Source of the DNA: Adineta vaga | Taxonomy: Eukaryota; Animalia; Rotifera | Length of the DNA: 64,000 bases | Direction: 5' to 3' | Assembly (NCBI GenBank): GCA_021613535.1 | Contig: CP075492.1 | Coordinates: forward strand, 13,268,001-13,332,000 | In this document: positions 50,639 through 64,000 of the stretch, piece by piece | Layout of the letters: every line of letters begins with the position of its first letter | Numbering within the stretch: the stretch's first letter is position 1 | Notes under the pieces: model-generated | Told to the model about the DNA's origin: nothing | What the model saw: only the letters and a program-made list of their open reading frames with translations | The model's database searches: none | Translations under genes and position numbers: made by a program

Positions 50639-52030
50639 ATGCTAGAAATTGAATAAGAAGAAATTTAGTGCCATATGATGACTCATTTCGTAGGCTACTG
50701 AATAATTTCTTAAGTTACAATGAAAACTATAATTTCAAGAATAGAATGATTTCCTTGATTTTTAACATTCTATTTTAATTTTAGAAACAAGTATTCCCGT
50801 AGACTATATTTATTCACGAGGATTGTATTCAACAATACACAGTTATTCGCATTTACTTGTACTTGTCTTCTTCATTGTAGACATACATTTTAAATAACGA
50901 CTCGTTCTCAATATACCAGATGACTCCAGTAAACTATTCCAAGATATGAAAACAATAGCAAGAACAATCAGTCATCTTTATAGATTCAGTAAACAGCTGT
51001 AATACTATTACCGTTAGTAACGATCTGCTATATTGAATAAGAATGTTTGTTAGATTCTCTCCAACATACTCACCGATATTATCTATGTAATCTTTTCTCA
51101 TATGAAAACTAAAGAAGAAAAAAAAACACGAAGAAATGTGATATAACAAATATCAAAGCTCATTATATTGAATTGAGTCTGTTTTTTAATGATCTGTAAA
51201 TAGACAAATTTTCATTTCTATCTACCAGATCTAGAAAAACATCTACACGACAACGAACGATATACATATTGATCTCGTTAAATAAATTCACAGAAGAAGA
51301 GTATACAAGGACATTTGAAATAAATAGAATACTGATTTATAACATTTATTGAAACTCACTTGTTCTTATTTTCACTCTTTAGCATTTCTATTAACTATAG
51401 TTTGTTTGTTGAAACAAACTTTTTTTTTCTTCTTTTGTTAGTTACGGTCTCTCTTCTAACATCCATTGTCGGAAGGGTGTTTTCTTCTTTTTCTTTTTGA
51501 AAAAACAGACGCATAATATTTTTATATTCATTTAAGAAAAAAGAAAAAGGAAATCTTGTTGAAAAAGAATTTAATTAAACTTGAGTCATATCTTTCTATC
51601 TGAAAGAAGTAAAAAAATTAGCTATCAAAGTGAAATTTTCAACATGGTAAGGCAACAATTGGATACGTCTGAATAATATTCTTGTTATATTACTTAAAGT
51701 ATATAGACATACAAGATGATAGTTAATGATTCTATTGTTTTGATATTATTTCAATTAAAACGAAAAGCAAAGAAGTGTTATTCTTTTCCTTTTCTTCAAT
51801 CACACACATCTCGCCATTTTATTGAATGTATATATTTTCACTGTCGATACAGTTGCATTCCATTTCATATCTAAAGCGTAAAAGCTCGAAGAATAGAAAG
51901 AGAGAAAAAGATAAAAAAAGAAACAGTTTCGTTATATGAGCACGAAGGTCGACGCCCGGCATGTTTGTACGTACATTGTGTGTTCGATTCGTTTTGACAT
52001 TCTCTTTTCATTCTCCCGTTTTTCAATCGA

Positions 52031-53340
52031 ATGATGGAAGTGTTCAACCTCGATCAACAAAAACAAATCTATCCTCTCGTTGATATTATTTCAGAAAATT
52101 CACAACAATGTAAGTAATTTTATTGTTTTTTTTCATTTGTATTCGTTCTTTTCTTAGTTAATCCAGATATTGATTATGATTGTTTACAAAAATATGGTGA
52201 AAATAATACACATTTTACAATGGCTTTGATTCTAAAAAGTAGAGAAGATGAAGAAGAAGTAGCTGTTGGTTATAATTGTATTTATCGATATGATAAACAT
52301 CGTGTAAAACTTGAATATACATTTGATATTCGACGTTGGAAAACTATTCCCGAAGAACTATCGAGTATTCTATTGAATGATATTCAATCTTTAACTCTTG
52401 ATGAACAAATTCAAACGATTATTAAACGATTAGATCAACAATTTTTTGGTTCGAATAAATGATATATAAAAAAAAGATTTTTATATAAGAAAAGTCTCTT
52501 TGTAGATTTAGAACAACATCAATATCAAACCAAAATCTCTGTACCTCCAGCATATCGAGAAGAACATATTGAACTATCAACATTAGCAATTCCTGAAGAT
52601 GATGAAAGTCAAAAATATACGAAAGATGTAGTTGATTATGGTTTGCACACATTAGTAACTGGTCAACGTTCCAAGTTTAGTGGTCTTCCACCACCACCAG
52701 TTGCACCACGTCGTAGTCGACAAAATAGTGCCTGTAGTACACAAAGTAGTGTTCGATATGCTGTGTAAGCTATATATCATTCTTTATTTATTTCATGTAA
52801 TATTCTTGTTATTTGATAGATTCACTCCACCATCACCTTTACCAACAGCACCTGTTCGTCGACGACGTGTTATAGAATCTATTCATCTACATGTTGAGCG
52901 AAAGTAAAAGCAATATCTTGTTTGAACTAATTTTATTTGTCTATCTATTTCAATAATAGAAAAAAGACATTTGAGAAGATAGTCGATGCAATGAGAAGAA
53001 CAGAATCTGTTACAATGTATGATTTGGGTATGGAATTTCTTCGTGTTTATGATGGACGATTTAATTACCATGCAGGACATGTAGTAAGTAATTGTTGATA
53101 TTGAATAAAATACAGTGCTTATATTTGATATTATCTAGTTTGTCATGTCGTATCGGAAAAAGACATGGTATTTAACGATTGATAAGATCACATGTAAGTT
53201 AATAATAGAACGAAGAAATCATTTATTTATACACCACCAATCTTTTTTTTGTAGGTGTTGATTGTGCAGTTGGTGAGGTTGGACCACGATCGGTATTGAT
53301 TCTTGATTATAAACACAAATATACGAGTGTACATGTTTAA
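52031..53340 (+). CDS. Orphan protein, tandem paralog A (7 exons)
   Basis: Exons join in frame: IDYDCLQKY..., LTLDEQIQTII, VRRRRVIESIHLHVE, YDLGMEFLRVYDG, KKTWYLTI, ...KYTSVHV*. Confidence 0.7.
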
Positions 53341-53977
53341 TTTATCGTATACATATATGGTCAATACGGTTCGAAATGAAGTTTCGTGTCTTTTTCTTTG
53401 TTTTGTGTTCATTAATAGAATTTAATCTCTTGTTTGGTTTCTATGTATAAAATATTAATAAAGCGATAGTATTCTTCTTTTGTCTCTTCAAATAAATTCA
53501 AATAATTCAAGAATAACTATAGACTACTTGATTTTATGTATGGTATTCATTTTCTCTCTATTTACTTGTATTATTTACTACACTATTTGATAGATTTCAC
53601 TCATTGCTTTGACCGATTCATTGAAAACTTTTCGAACATAAATTTACTGATCATTAACTGCATATCAAAGAATGTTCTATCTGTTGGTATATGATAAATT
53701 TTCCAAAGTATTCTTTTTGGCAACTAATATCCATCTGACCTATCGAAGAATATGAATACTATAGCTACTGTTGCTAATGGAACAGAGAAGAATGAAAAAC
53801 AAAGATAGAATGCTAGATTGATTATATCGATCATGTTGGCTGACGGGTATACATGCACGGAGAAGTGTTCTATATAGATGCAACAATGAGTTCGAAATTT
53901 CATTTATTGATCTATTGTAAGTCCTGGAAATGATGACACATGTATGTAATGTTAGAGTCAATGAAAAAGAAGATGCA

Positions 53978-55193
53978 ATGGATTATGTGGAACGTTTATT
54001 TAAAGAAATATCGGTACAAGGTAGATATTTTGTTTTCTTATAGAATTTATTCAACAAATTATTACTATTTAAATATAGATCAAGAACCCATTGATTATCA
54101 ATGTTTACAGAAATACAAGAAAACCAATAAACATTTCAATATGACAATGATTATTGAAGAAGGACTGCATGTGGCTTATCAATGTGCATATCATTATAAA
54201 ACACATGAAATTAAACTCAATTATGATTTAGTGACTGAAACATGGGAAATAGAATCAGATAAATATGAAATGGAGAAAACAACATATTTAAATACAATAT
54301 TAATTGATCTTGAATATCTTCAACAACACGATAATTTAACACTAGATCAACAAATTCAATTTATTATTAAAGAATTTGATTGTTATTTCCTTGGTAGGAT
54401 TTTCTCAGTTAGAACGTCGAAATTTGAAATGAAAGATATATTTAGGTTTTACAGATTCCTAATTTTGTTACATAAGTATGGCATTGTTATTTAATATCTT
54501 TTGTTTATGATAGAAACGGATCAGGCAAACTCAGTCAAACAAAAGAATGCCATAGATCTTCATCGAACATTGAGTTGTATTTGTCCACCACCCATTCTAC
54601 CAGTTATAGTCAGCGAAATACTTCGTAAGTTAATTGATTCATTATATCGAATGTATATTTTCCTTTTTGAAGAGTTGTTCCATCATCATTCGAATTAGTG
54701 CCTATCCGACAGCGACGTGTTATTGAGACAGTTTTATTACATGTTGAAAAGAAGTACGAAGATGAAAATAATATGATATCTGTATTTATATTTTTGCTGT
54801 TGTAGAAAATCAACATTTAGCCGATTGATTAATACATTAAAAAGAACAGAACCGATAACAATGTTTGATTTAGGCTTAGAATTTTTACGTATATATAATG
54901 GAAAATTTATTTATCAAGAAGGACATAAAGTATGTAATATCTTCTTTTTCCCATCGATTGAAATCAGATATCTATGGGTACATTGTTGATTTAGTTTGTC
55001 TTGATTTTTCGAAAAAAGACCTGGTACTTAACAATTGAACAAATCAAATGTAAGTTTTCATTTAAAGATTGGTAGATTCTTTTGTTCAGACAATTTTATG
55101 TATATAGATATTCATTGTTCGATGAATGAAAATGGACCAAAATCCATATTGATCCTTCATTACAAAGGTCAATATACAAATGTACATGTTTAA
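53978..55193 (+). CDS. Orphan protein, tandem paralog B (start uncertain)
   Basis: IDYQCLQKY, LTLDQQIQFII, IRQRRVIETVLLHVE, FDLGLEFLRIYNG, KKTWYLTI, ...QYTNVHV*. Most intron positions match paralog A. Confidence 0.68.
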
Positions 55194-57015
55194 TATATGA
55201 ATAGTTCTTGTTTTTTCTGTGTTTAAATATTTACTTCAACTTATATTTTGAATTTCTACTAGAAATAAAAAGAATTCTACAGTCTAATTTACTGATTCCA
55301 ATTGATCAATCTATTTTCTAGTTTAAGTAATATGAACAAGTCGAAAAGAAATGTATGCTCTTCAATTATATCAAGAAACTGAATAATGAGTGTGCAAACT
55401 TCAGATTATTTTCTAGCGATATATGATTGTGTCATCCTTTTCTTTTTAGTCTTACAATGCAAAGCGGAGAATGTTTTAAAATATTAAGATTGTTTCAACG
55501 TACCATTTCGAATGTATGTTACGGATGATATTCATACATAAGGTTTTTGATACCGAAATAATTGAGTCTTCGATTTATTGTGATAGAATTAAATTTGATT
55601 CATATCCGACCTTCAGTAAGCAACATATACTGTGATAATGTCATTTAATACTACCGAAAAGGCGGTTTTCATCATTTTCGCTAATAACGTTTTATGAATA
55701 AAGTGTGCCGTTTATTTCATACACACTATGCAACTAATTGTTTCGATCTTGCTGTTGGTTGACTATAAAAGGAGAGATTGCAACTTTTTCCATTGATGGT
55801 GTACCATTAGAACAAAACACTAATGCTTTTTCGTGATTACTATAATATATGTGGTCATACAAGGAATCGTTCACTGTTGTTTTTTCGTGTGTACCTTGAA
55901 ACTAATACATCTTCCGAAATAAACTTAATCTACTAATGCATAATGTATCCTTTGAATCAGTTCACTCATCGTCATCTAAAATATTTTATACAAACTACTA
56001 TATTAATATTGTGTTGAAACAAAGCCCTTTAGGATGATATTGCAACGAGAGATGAGAGCATCGCTTAATAACTATGGTATTGAAATGTGTACGATGTAAA
56101 TATTGATGGTAGATAAATATTTGCGATGTTTGTCAAATGATTTACGTTTCAGCTATTTAGAGAATCACTTCCATTGTTTTATTAAAAGGTCATATGCTTT
56201 AAATTCTCGTATAATTATTTCTTCTCTTTGTTAAATTTACAGATATGTAATATATATTGTTTCGATTAATGTACTGTTTCGTTCGTTCGTTTCTTTTATA
56301 AAGTCTGTCAAATATATTTAAATTGATAAACCGTCAATTTTTCTCGTTTTTTGCTTTTCATCCTAATTCTATATACATTTTTGAAGTTTTTCAACATCTG
56401 TGATAAAATCATCAATGTCATAGCATTGTCTTACAATAAAATGTACTCAAAAACCTTTCTTTCTTCGTCTAAATTATTTCTATCCCAAGAACATAACCTT
56501 ACTGTCACTCAATTACAAATAATATACTTCTCGTACGTAATTGTACTATTTTGGCAGAGAACAAGTAGAGTACCGAAGACGACAAGAATAGACAAAATAT
56601 AAATATCTTCATAAACATATTTTTCCATCAGCACTTGTATTTCTATGGCAACATTAATATAAATGATTGAATATTTCATTAAACCGTTGTTAGTCCGTGC
56701 CTTTTATTTCTCTTTCCATCGCACATTACACTTAATAATAGAATTTTATTGATTGTGCAAAAAAGTAATTAATTAAAACCTGAACATCCAATATTACACA
56801 TTTGGATTAGGAGAAAAACGTTCAAAATAGTTCTTTTTAAAAAATTGAATCGATTCTATTAAACAAATTTCAAGTGACAATATTCGAAACTTTCCTTTCT
56901 TTGTAAAAGATTTTCAATAAGGTAACAAACAAAACTCTCTCTCTTGATTGAATAATAGAAAATAATGTACAGAGACATGAATCTATTTACAGAAAAAGAA
57001 GGAAAACGGTTAAGT

Positions 57016-58138
57016 TCAAGAAATAATGCATGTAGATTTTGTTGTTGGATCTTTTGACGCCGTGTTCCCATTAGATTTCCGATTAAAACCATTTCGAGAC
57101 AATGACGATGATGATGTTGGAGCATTAGTTCCAGTTGGATGTACTTTTATTGGATTTTCTTCATTATTATTGTCTGTAGGATCAATATTATTCATCGATT
57201 GAATACTTTTTTCGAACATTTTCTTCACAGCCTATTAAACATTAATTATCTATAGATTTAGTTTCTTTAATGAAAGAAAATAAATTTTTTACCTCTATAT
57301 CCCTCGCTGATGCTTCGATAAAATGAACATTCCATGCACGAGCTAATGCACGGCCTTCCTCCGTTGAAACAACTCTAAATGATGCAATAGAATATTTTAA
57401 ATATTCAACGTCTTTTCAATATTTATATTAATCGTTTATAATTCATTGAGTAAAAATTTGCATTTTTTATTACATTTTTCTAGACTATTCTGTTTTTCAG
57501 ATTTCATGAGAGCTACTTCAAGAGAACAACTTGCACATTTTAATGTTCTTAATCAATCAATTAAATCTTACCGTTCATCTTTTCGATCGATTTTATTTCC
57601 AACTAGCACTAGTGGTATTCTAAAATTTGAAGAAGAGAAAAAAGAAATGATACATTCAATCATTTATGAAGTAACTATTTTCTTACCGAAGAACAGCACT
57701 CGTTGAAATAATTTTTTCGCGAATTTTTGATACCATTTCAAAGCTAAACATACGAAATCAATATGAAATGACAAAGAATAAAGTAAAATAAACAAACCTT
57801 TGACGATCATCAATCGCATAGACAAGAATATAAGCATCACTATTATCAAAATCACTATGATTTATTGTATATTGATCGGATCCAGCATTATCAACAATGA
57901 CTAAATCATATTGTTCACCTCCAATCACACATTGATGTTGAAGATCTAGTTAAATAAAAATAATATTTGTTTGTTTTTGTTATATAGAAGTTAGAAAAAA
58001 AAATGGATGTTTTTTCTTACTTGTTTTTATATTTGGATCATATTCATCATAAAATTGGCTGTAAACAAAATGATGAGCAATTGAAGATTTTCCCACACCG
58101 GGATATCCGAGTAAAGCTATTTGTCGATGTCGACGCAT
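57016..58138 (-). CDS. Atypical Rheb/Ras-family small GTPase (6 exons)
   Basis: RQIALLGYPGVGKSS, YDPNIKT, DNAGSDQY, LVGNKID, EASAR, CAAX box CIIS. Confidence 0.8.
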
Positions 58139-58337
58139 ATTTGTTTGTGTTTTGTTTTTTTTCTACAACAAAATATTCAATTATCACTTAAAATGAATTA
58201 AAACACCACACAACAATGTTCTCAATTTTTTTGTCGAATAAATATATATGAAATGAATTGTTTTGATTAGCAATTTATAACAGAAAGAAGCAATAAATGG
58301 AAAAAAAATCGAGATTCAAGAAAATCAACAGTTTGTT

Positions 58338-60778
58338 TTATAATTCATTACGAAATGAATAACGTTGACGATTTGGTGATAATCGAACGAAAACTGATTC
58401 AGGTGGTGATGTTGGATCATTCCCATGTTTCAAAAATTGATTGGCAGCATTTGCAGATGTATCAGGATTTGAACTTGACGATGTTTTTGGAATATGTTTA
58501 CTTTTTGAATCGCCACCTTCCTACAAATAGAAATGGATATCTTAAGAAAAATGAAGAAAAATGGAAATTTCCTAGTGATAGAACGTGGGAATAGCGGACG
58601 AATAGTTAAATAGTGATTCACACAATGGGATAAGCCCATTCTCAAGAACAGATGAATCAATGAGTTATCTCATATTTCGTAATAAGAAATTTAAAAAGAA
58701 AAACAAAATCTACCGCAACTGATGGAACAGTGGTTGTTGGTTGTTTTTGAGTTGGTGGTGGTGGATTATGAAAATCACGATGAAGTTTTTCCGAATGAAG
58801 ATCTTTCACAAATTGTAATAATTTTCCGTCTTTCCTGAAAGAAAAAGAATTCATTTAACGTTTTGCTTTTTCGCTTTCATTTGTAAAACTTACGATATTT
58901 CATTCATGTCCGGAAAGAGAAACATATGTTTAAAACTATCAATTGCTAGTAAAGGTAAATCAGCAAGTGATTTGCCTAAATGTTGAAGTGGATGAAGGAA
59001 TTGAGCACCATCTGCATGTAAACAATTAATACCAGCTATAGAAAAAAAAGAACGAAACATTCATCATTAAGAGAAAGTTTTGATAAAAAAACGAATATTT
59101 ACATCTTTCACCCATTAGTTGTTTGGCAACTTCACGTTCGAATGCAGCAACAGATTCATGATCATCCGCTTTATGAAATAGAATAAGAAATGGTAAACCT
59201 TCTTCTGTTAATTCTTCAGCATTGGCAAAAGTTATTTCACGAACTAATGGAATACATTTTTCACGAGACCATGTGGTTAATGATTCTTGTTCATTGATCG
59301 AACCAATATAATATGCTTCTTTTCATTTGAAGCTTGTGGTGAACGATAATAAACAACATCAGTCAACGGACGTTCATTCTTAAAATCATCTCTAAAAATA
59401 AACAAGATGATAAAAATAGATTGTGTCTCAGTATTTGTAAAATGAGAAGCGCGTATACAAGAAGACAACAGTTCTTTTCTCATAATTATGAGATAGTATG
59501 TATCTGATTTGGTAGGATATTAAATGATACTTGTTGACTATTTTTTTAGTAGAAAACGACAAGTAATTAACAGAATGTTTAACGAATTGGAACGAAGGCA
59601 AGGTGACCTCGATAGTTTATACTCATAAAAAAAATATTTGTATTATGAGTTAATAATATCGAAATAAAACTAACAAATATAGAAACACAGAATGTCCTTG
59701 GTATGTCTAGAGGAAGCTGTTTATAATAAATGTAAGAGAACTATTCTGTTATATACTTTGATTCTCTTGTTTCGTAATAATTATACAGAACTCGTCGACT
59801 TCTACCAAACATTGTAACCAATGTTTGCATAGGTAAAATGATTCTCACTGTATTTGATTATTTTGAATATATATTCTGTCAGATAAGTCATAAGAATTTC
59901 AATTTGTTTTGTCAAAATCACTTTTGTGCTTTTAGTTTAGAACGTACTTATTTGTTGAGGCCACGAAATTACATTCATCTCGTAATAAACTTGCAATTTT
60001 GATAAATGTTTTATAATTTTCCGAATTTTCATCATCAAAATGTCCAACAATATAACGTTTCTTTGTATCCAATGTAAATAAATCACTTGGAGATGACAAT
60101 TTTGTTATTGATGTTTCAACTTGTTTTCGAATAAAATCCATAAAAGGATCGACTTGTCTACAAAACAAACGATATCGATCAATCATTTTAAAAATACAAA
60201 AAAAAAGAAACACGTTTACCGTGCACCACGATATTCTCGTTTCGTCATGACACCATGTCGAAACAATTTTAATGTTGGATATTTATTCACATGATATTTA
60301 ACGGCAATAGCATTGTCAGAATCACAATCAACTTTTCCAATAGCAATAAGACCATGTTGCTAAAATTATTCATTATCAATAATTTTCTATTAGAAAAAAG
60401 TTTTTTTTTTTAAATATACCGGAAATTCTTTTGCTACTTTATCAGCTAATTCATTATAAATTGGATCAAGCATTTGACTAAATCGACACCAATTTGCATA
60501 AAAATTGATAAATACTACTTCATGTGACGCTAAACAAATAAAACATCTCGTGATTTTCTTTTCTTCATTTATCTTTTTTGAAAACTTACAAAGAACAGAA
60601 TCAATATTACTACTTGTTAATTGTATAGCACCACCATTCACATAAGTTAAATAAGAGAAAACCTAAGAGAAAGAAAAAAAAAACATGATTTCTATTTTTC
60701 TATTTAAACACAACAAAAGTCAAGTTTTTTCCTTACGAAAAAAAGAATTGATCTCGATTGTTTATTCCACATTGGCAT
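58338..60778 (-). CDS. ERP44: ER-resident thioredoxin-family protein ERp44, with one apparent 1-bp deletion at 59320-59323
   Basis: Signal peptide, FYANWCRFS, KYPTLKLFRHG...REYRGAR, KCIPLVREITFANAEELTEEGLPFL, C-terminal RYSFRNEL*. Confidence 0.92.
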
Positions 60779-61192
60779 TGCGGCTTAACAGGAGAACGAA
60801 TAACGAGTATTTCTATGATCTAAAACGAATGCTTTTATCTTAATTATTATTTATCGAAATCATAACGATAACGAATCGAATCAGTTGCTATTTCGTCGTA
60901 GACAAAAGAAAACAACAACGCTGGCAAAGTTCATCATCCAATAAATATAATGGCGCTAGTAGTCATCAAAATCAATTCGATTTCTCTTTTTATTTCAAAT
61001 TCTGAAATATTTTTAAAACAAATTTTTCAATTTCTAAAAATTTAAATCCAAATGCATTATCATCTTAATTTTCATAAAATAATGAAGTTATCAATGTCGG
61101 AACACAACCACAAGACATCTTCTCTTCTTCTCACATGTTCGATTACGATCAAATTTCGATATTCATCATCTAAAAGTTCTAGTCAAACAAAG
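60779..61192. promoter_or_regulatory. Candidate bidirectional promoter between ERp44 and CCDC6
   Basis: Head-to-head ATGs 414 bp apart; ATGGCGCTA at 60950-60958. Confidence 0.45.
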
Positions 61193-62755
61193 ATGAGTAA
61201 TGAGAAGTATGTTCGAATATGATTTCCAAAACATTCTTATCTATTCCTTTCTTACTTTAGTATGATTCAATTAATTCCAAATGATAGTGAATATGAATCG
61301 GATGTATCATCTATCGCTGATTCTTCAACGGCAAATGTTAATGAATCAAAAATGAGTTGTGAACATTTAACAAAACGAATGGATTCATTATCTCAAGAAA
61401 ATCGTGTTCTTCAAGTTGAAGTTCAAACATATAAATTACGTTTAAAATCGGCACAACATGAAATCAAACAATTGAAACAGTTTGTTGAAAAACGAAAATT
61501 TTTCGTTTCTAAATAAAAGAAAATTTTGATTTCAATTTAGTGCAAGTGTTAATATGCAAGTTAAAACCGAACAAGAAGAAGAATTTATTTCAAATACATT
61601 ATTTAAAAAAATTCATGAATTAAAAAAAGAAAAAGAAACATTAGCAAATAATTACGAACGTGAAGAAGAATTTCTTACAAATGATCTAACTAAAAAATTA
61701 CAACAAATTCGAGATGAAAAACATTCATTAGAACAATCATTAGAATGTGAACAAGCTTCTCAAATTAGTCAATTAATGAAACGAATCAATCGTTTAGAAG
61801 CTGAAACAACAAATAAACAAAATACTCTTGTAAATTTGACGATTATTTGAACTATCTATTTTCAAAACTCATTTATTTTCTTAGGAACAATTGAAACGTG
61901 AAAAAATTGAATTAGAAAATACTTTAGAAAAAGAACAAGAATCACTTGTAAATCGTCTTTGGAAACGAATGGAAAAATTAGAAACAGATAAGAAATTACT
62001 TCAATTACAAATTCAACAACCTCATTCGGTAAATATTTATCTAAAAAGAAAAACTTTCAAATTTTCCTTTTCTAACTCGATCAATTTAAAAGAAAGCAAT
62101 GTAAACTATGTCTAAAGATAAAATTGTTATTCATGAGAAATATTTTTTTTCCGATGTAAAATGTATATCGTTATCGATGTGAATAATTTCTAACGTGAAA
62201 AAATGTCTATGATTGTTTCTTTAGACTGATAATCCATCATCTTCAAATGATTTAAATGAACGAACAAATCTTCGTTCACATTCCTTATATGAAATGATGA
62301 GCAGTACGAATCGTCCTGTCTCATTAAATGTTGATCATGCTGAACAATTAAAACGTGAAGTTGAACGACTTCGTCAAGAATTAGTTCTTCAACAAGATAA
62401 ACATCAAAAGAAATTGAAAGATATTCTTCAAGATGATCAAAATGCTCGAAATGAAAACTTACGTTTACAAAGAAAATTACAAGTTGAAGTTGATCGTCGT
62501 GAACAACTCTATAGACAATTAAGTGAAAGTGAATCATCGTTAGAAATGGATGAAGAACGTGCTTTAAATCAAAAAATTAAATCTAATTCAAAATATGAAC
62601 CATCAAGAATTAGTTCGTCATCATCTTCATCATCTCAACATAATCTCGCACGTTCAAGAACAGCATCTAGTCCAGCATTTACACTTCATCAAAGTAACGA
62701 ATATCTTCAAAGAACAAGATTACCATCCAATAGTTTAGATAATAATATGGAATAA
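61193..62755 (+). CDS. CCDC6: Coiled-coil domain-containing protein 6
   Basis: [83 protein letters not shown]. Confidence 0.92.
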
Positions 62756-62987
62756 ACAATCAATGCTTTTTCTTTTCAATGTACATTGTATCTTTTTCAT
62801 TTTATTTGGATAAGAATTCCAATTGAATCGAATAAACTGTAAAGAACTTCTTCTTCATCATCTATCTATACGGTCTTTTATCACAGATTGATCCGAATGA
62901 TACTATCTATTTGTGAACTAATAAATATATGATAAAATTGAAGAGAAGACAACAACAACAAGAAGAACGTGTCAATGATAATTCTAG

Positions 62988-64000
62988 ATGTGTGATATTC
63001 TATTAATTGAAGCATTTTATGATGGTTCACATCGTTGTTTGATTGATTTATTACATCGAACATTATCAGCTCGTTCGATCTTAGTAACATTACCGGGTAC
63101 AAAATGGCCATGGCGTGCGAGATGTTCTGCATTGATTCTATCAGATTTAATACCGAAAAATGAAACGAATACATTGAAATATCTATTCAGTTCATCGATC
63201 GTGAATTTAAGTGAATTAATTTCACTTCGATCTGATCTTCGTTCATTAAAAACGATTATTTATTTTCATGAAAATGATTTAGCTTATCCAAAACAGAATG
63301 AACAACAAGAACAACGAGATTTTCAATATGGTTATAATCAAATATTAACAGCATTAGTGGCAGATATTTGTTTATTTAATTCGCTTTATAATCTAAATAC
63401 ATTTCTGGATAAACTTGGACCATTTCTTAACCGAATACCGTCACCAAAAGCAAACATTCAAGATATTCGACAGAAAATTCAACAAAAATCTCAAGTATTC
63501 TACTATCCATTAGAGAAATCATTAGTACCGATTCAGGTAAATTGATTGATTTGATTTTTTTTCAATGTAAATAAACACAAAGCTTTTAAAGACTAATACA
63601 CAAAGAACAGGTCCATTATGTATTGTTTGGCCTCATCGTTGGGAACATGATAAAGATCCTGATACATTCTTCTCTGTTGTCCTTGAACTTTATCAAACAC
63701 ATTCATTAATCTTTTCATTAATCATTCTCGGTCAATCCTATGGTGAACAACCTGCTATTTTTAGTGAAATTCAATCGAAATTACCATCAAATTATATTCG
63801 TCATTGGGGTTTTGCACAATCAAAAGTTGATTATGAACAGTTATTACTCGAAGGTGACGTAGTTGTATCAACAGCTCAACATGAATTCTTTGGCGTAGCA
63901 ATGTTAGAAGCATGGCCGAGCGGGATGTGTACCACTCGTACCTGATCGATTAGCTTATACAGAACTTTATCCTAATGAACATCATCGATATAGAACACGA
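62988..64000 (+). CDS. GTDC1: Glycosyltransferase-like domain-containing protein 1 (GTDC1/QTMAN), runs off the window end
   Basis: ILLIEAFYDGSHR, LPGTKWPWRARCSAL, YFHENDLAYP, RDFQYGYNQILTALVAD, WPHRWEHDKDP, VSTAQHEFFGVAMLEA. Confidence 0.9.

Noticed and set aside
55945-55954. GTATCCTTT resembling a U12-type 5' splice site
   Set aside because: Intergenic, with no flanking exon or U12 branch point found.
55200-57000. 1.8-kb gene-free stretch including ORF 56351-56602
   Set aside because: No recognisable protein, repeat or RNA structure by eye.
59392-59947. Unusually long ERp44 intron as host for a nested gene or snoRNA
   Set aside because: No credible ORF, terminal repeats or box motifs identified.

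Overview
AT-rich eukaryotic genomic DNA with dense genes and very short (about 45-70 nt) GT-AG introns. The gene content (NHL propeller, REJ/PKD giant, orphan 7TM receptors, F-box-like orphan, foreign-looking enzymes) points to a bdelloid rotifer; this is an inference. About 27 genes or pseudogenes can be reconstructed. Housekeeping-type genes: MOSC/mARC, arfaptin, ARHGEF17, TLC-domain protein, WOC/ZMYM, RFT1, RPS14, RABGGTA, SMN, CYTH, SNRNP35, Hv1, Rheb-like GTPase, ERp44, CCDC6, GTDC1. Accessory genes: sterol glucosyltransferase, decayed bacterial-type TPR gene, full-length ABCD transporter, NHL-polycystin, GPCRs, PhoD-like phosphatase, tandem orphan pair. Most unusual observations: (1) the minor-spliceosome gene SNRNP35 is nested on the same strand inside intron 2 of a CYTH gene; (2) co-oriented housekeeping genes are packed 43-260 bp apart with unpaired splice acceptors at the ATG, suggesting SL trans-spliced operons; (3) a 1.4-kb near-perfect foldback palindrome; (4) an LC8 dynein light chain with a signal peptide; (5) a fused full-size ABCD transporter. 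All family assignments come from motif recognition by eye; no searches were run.
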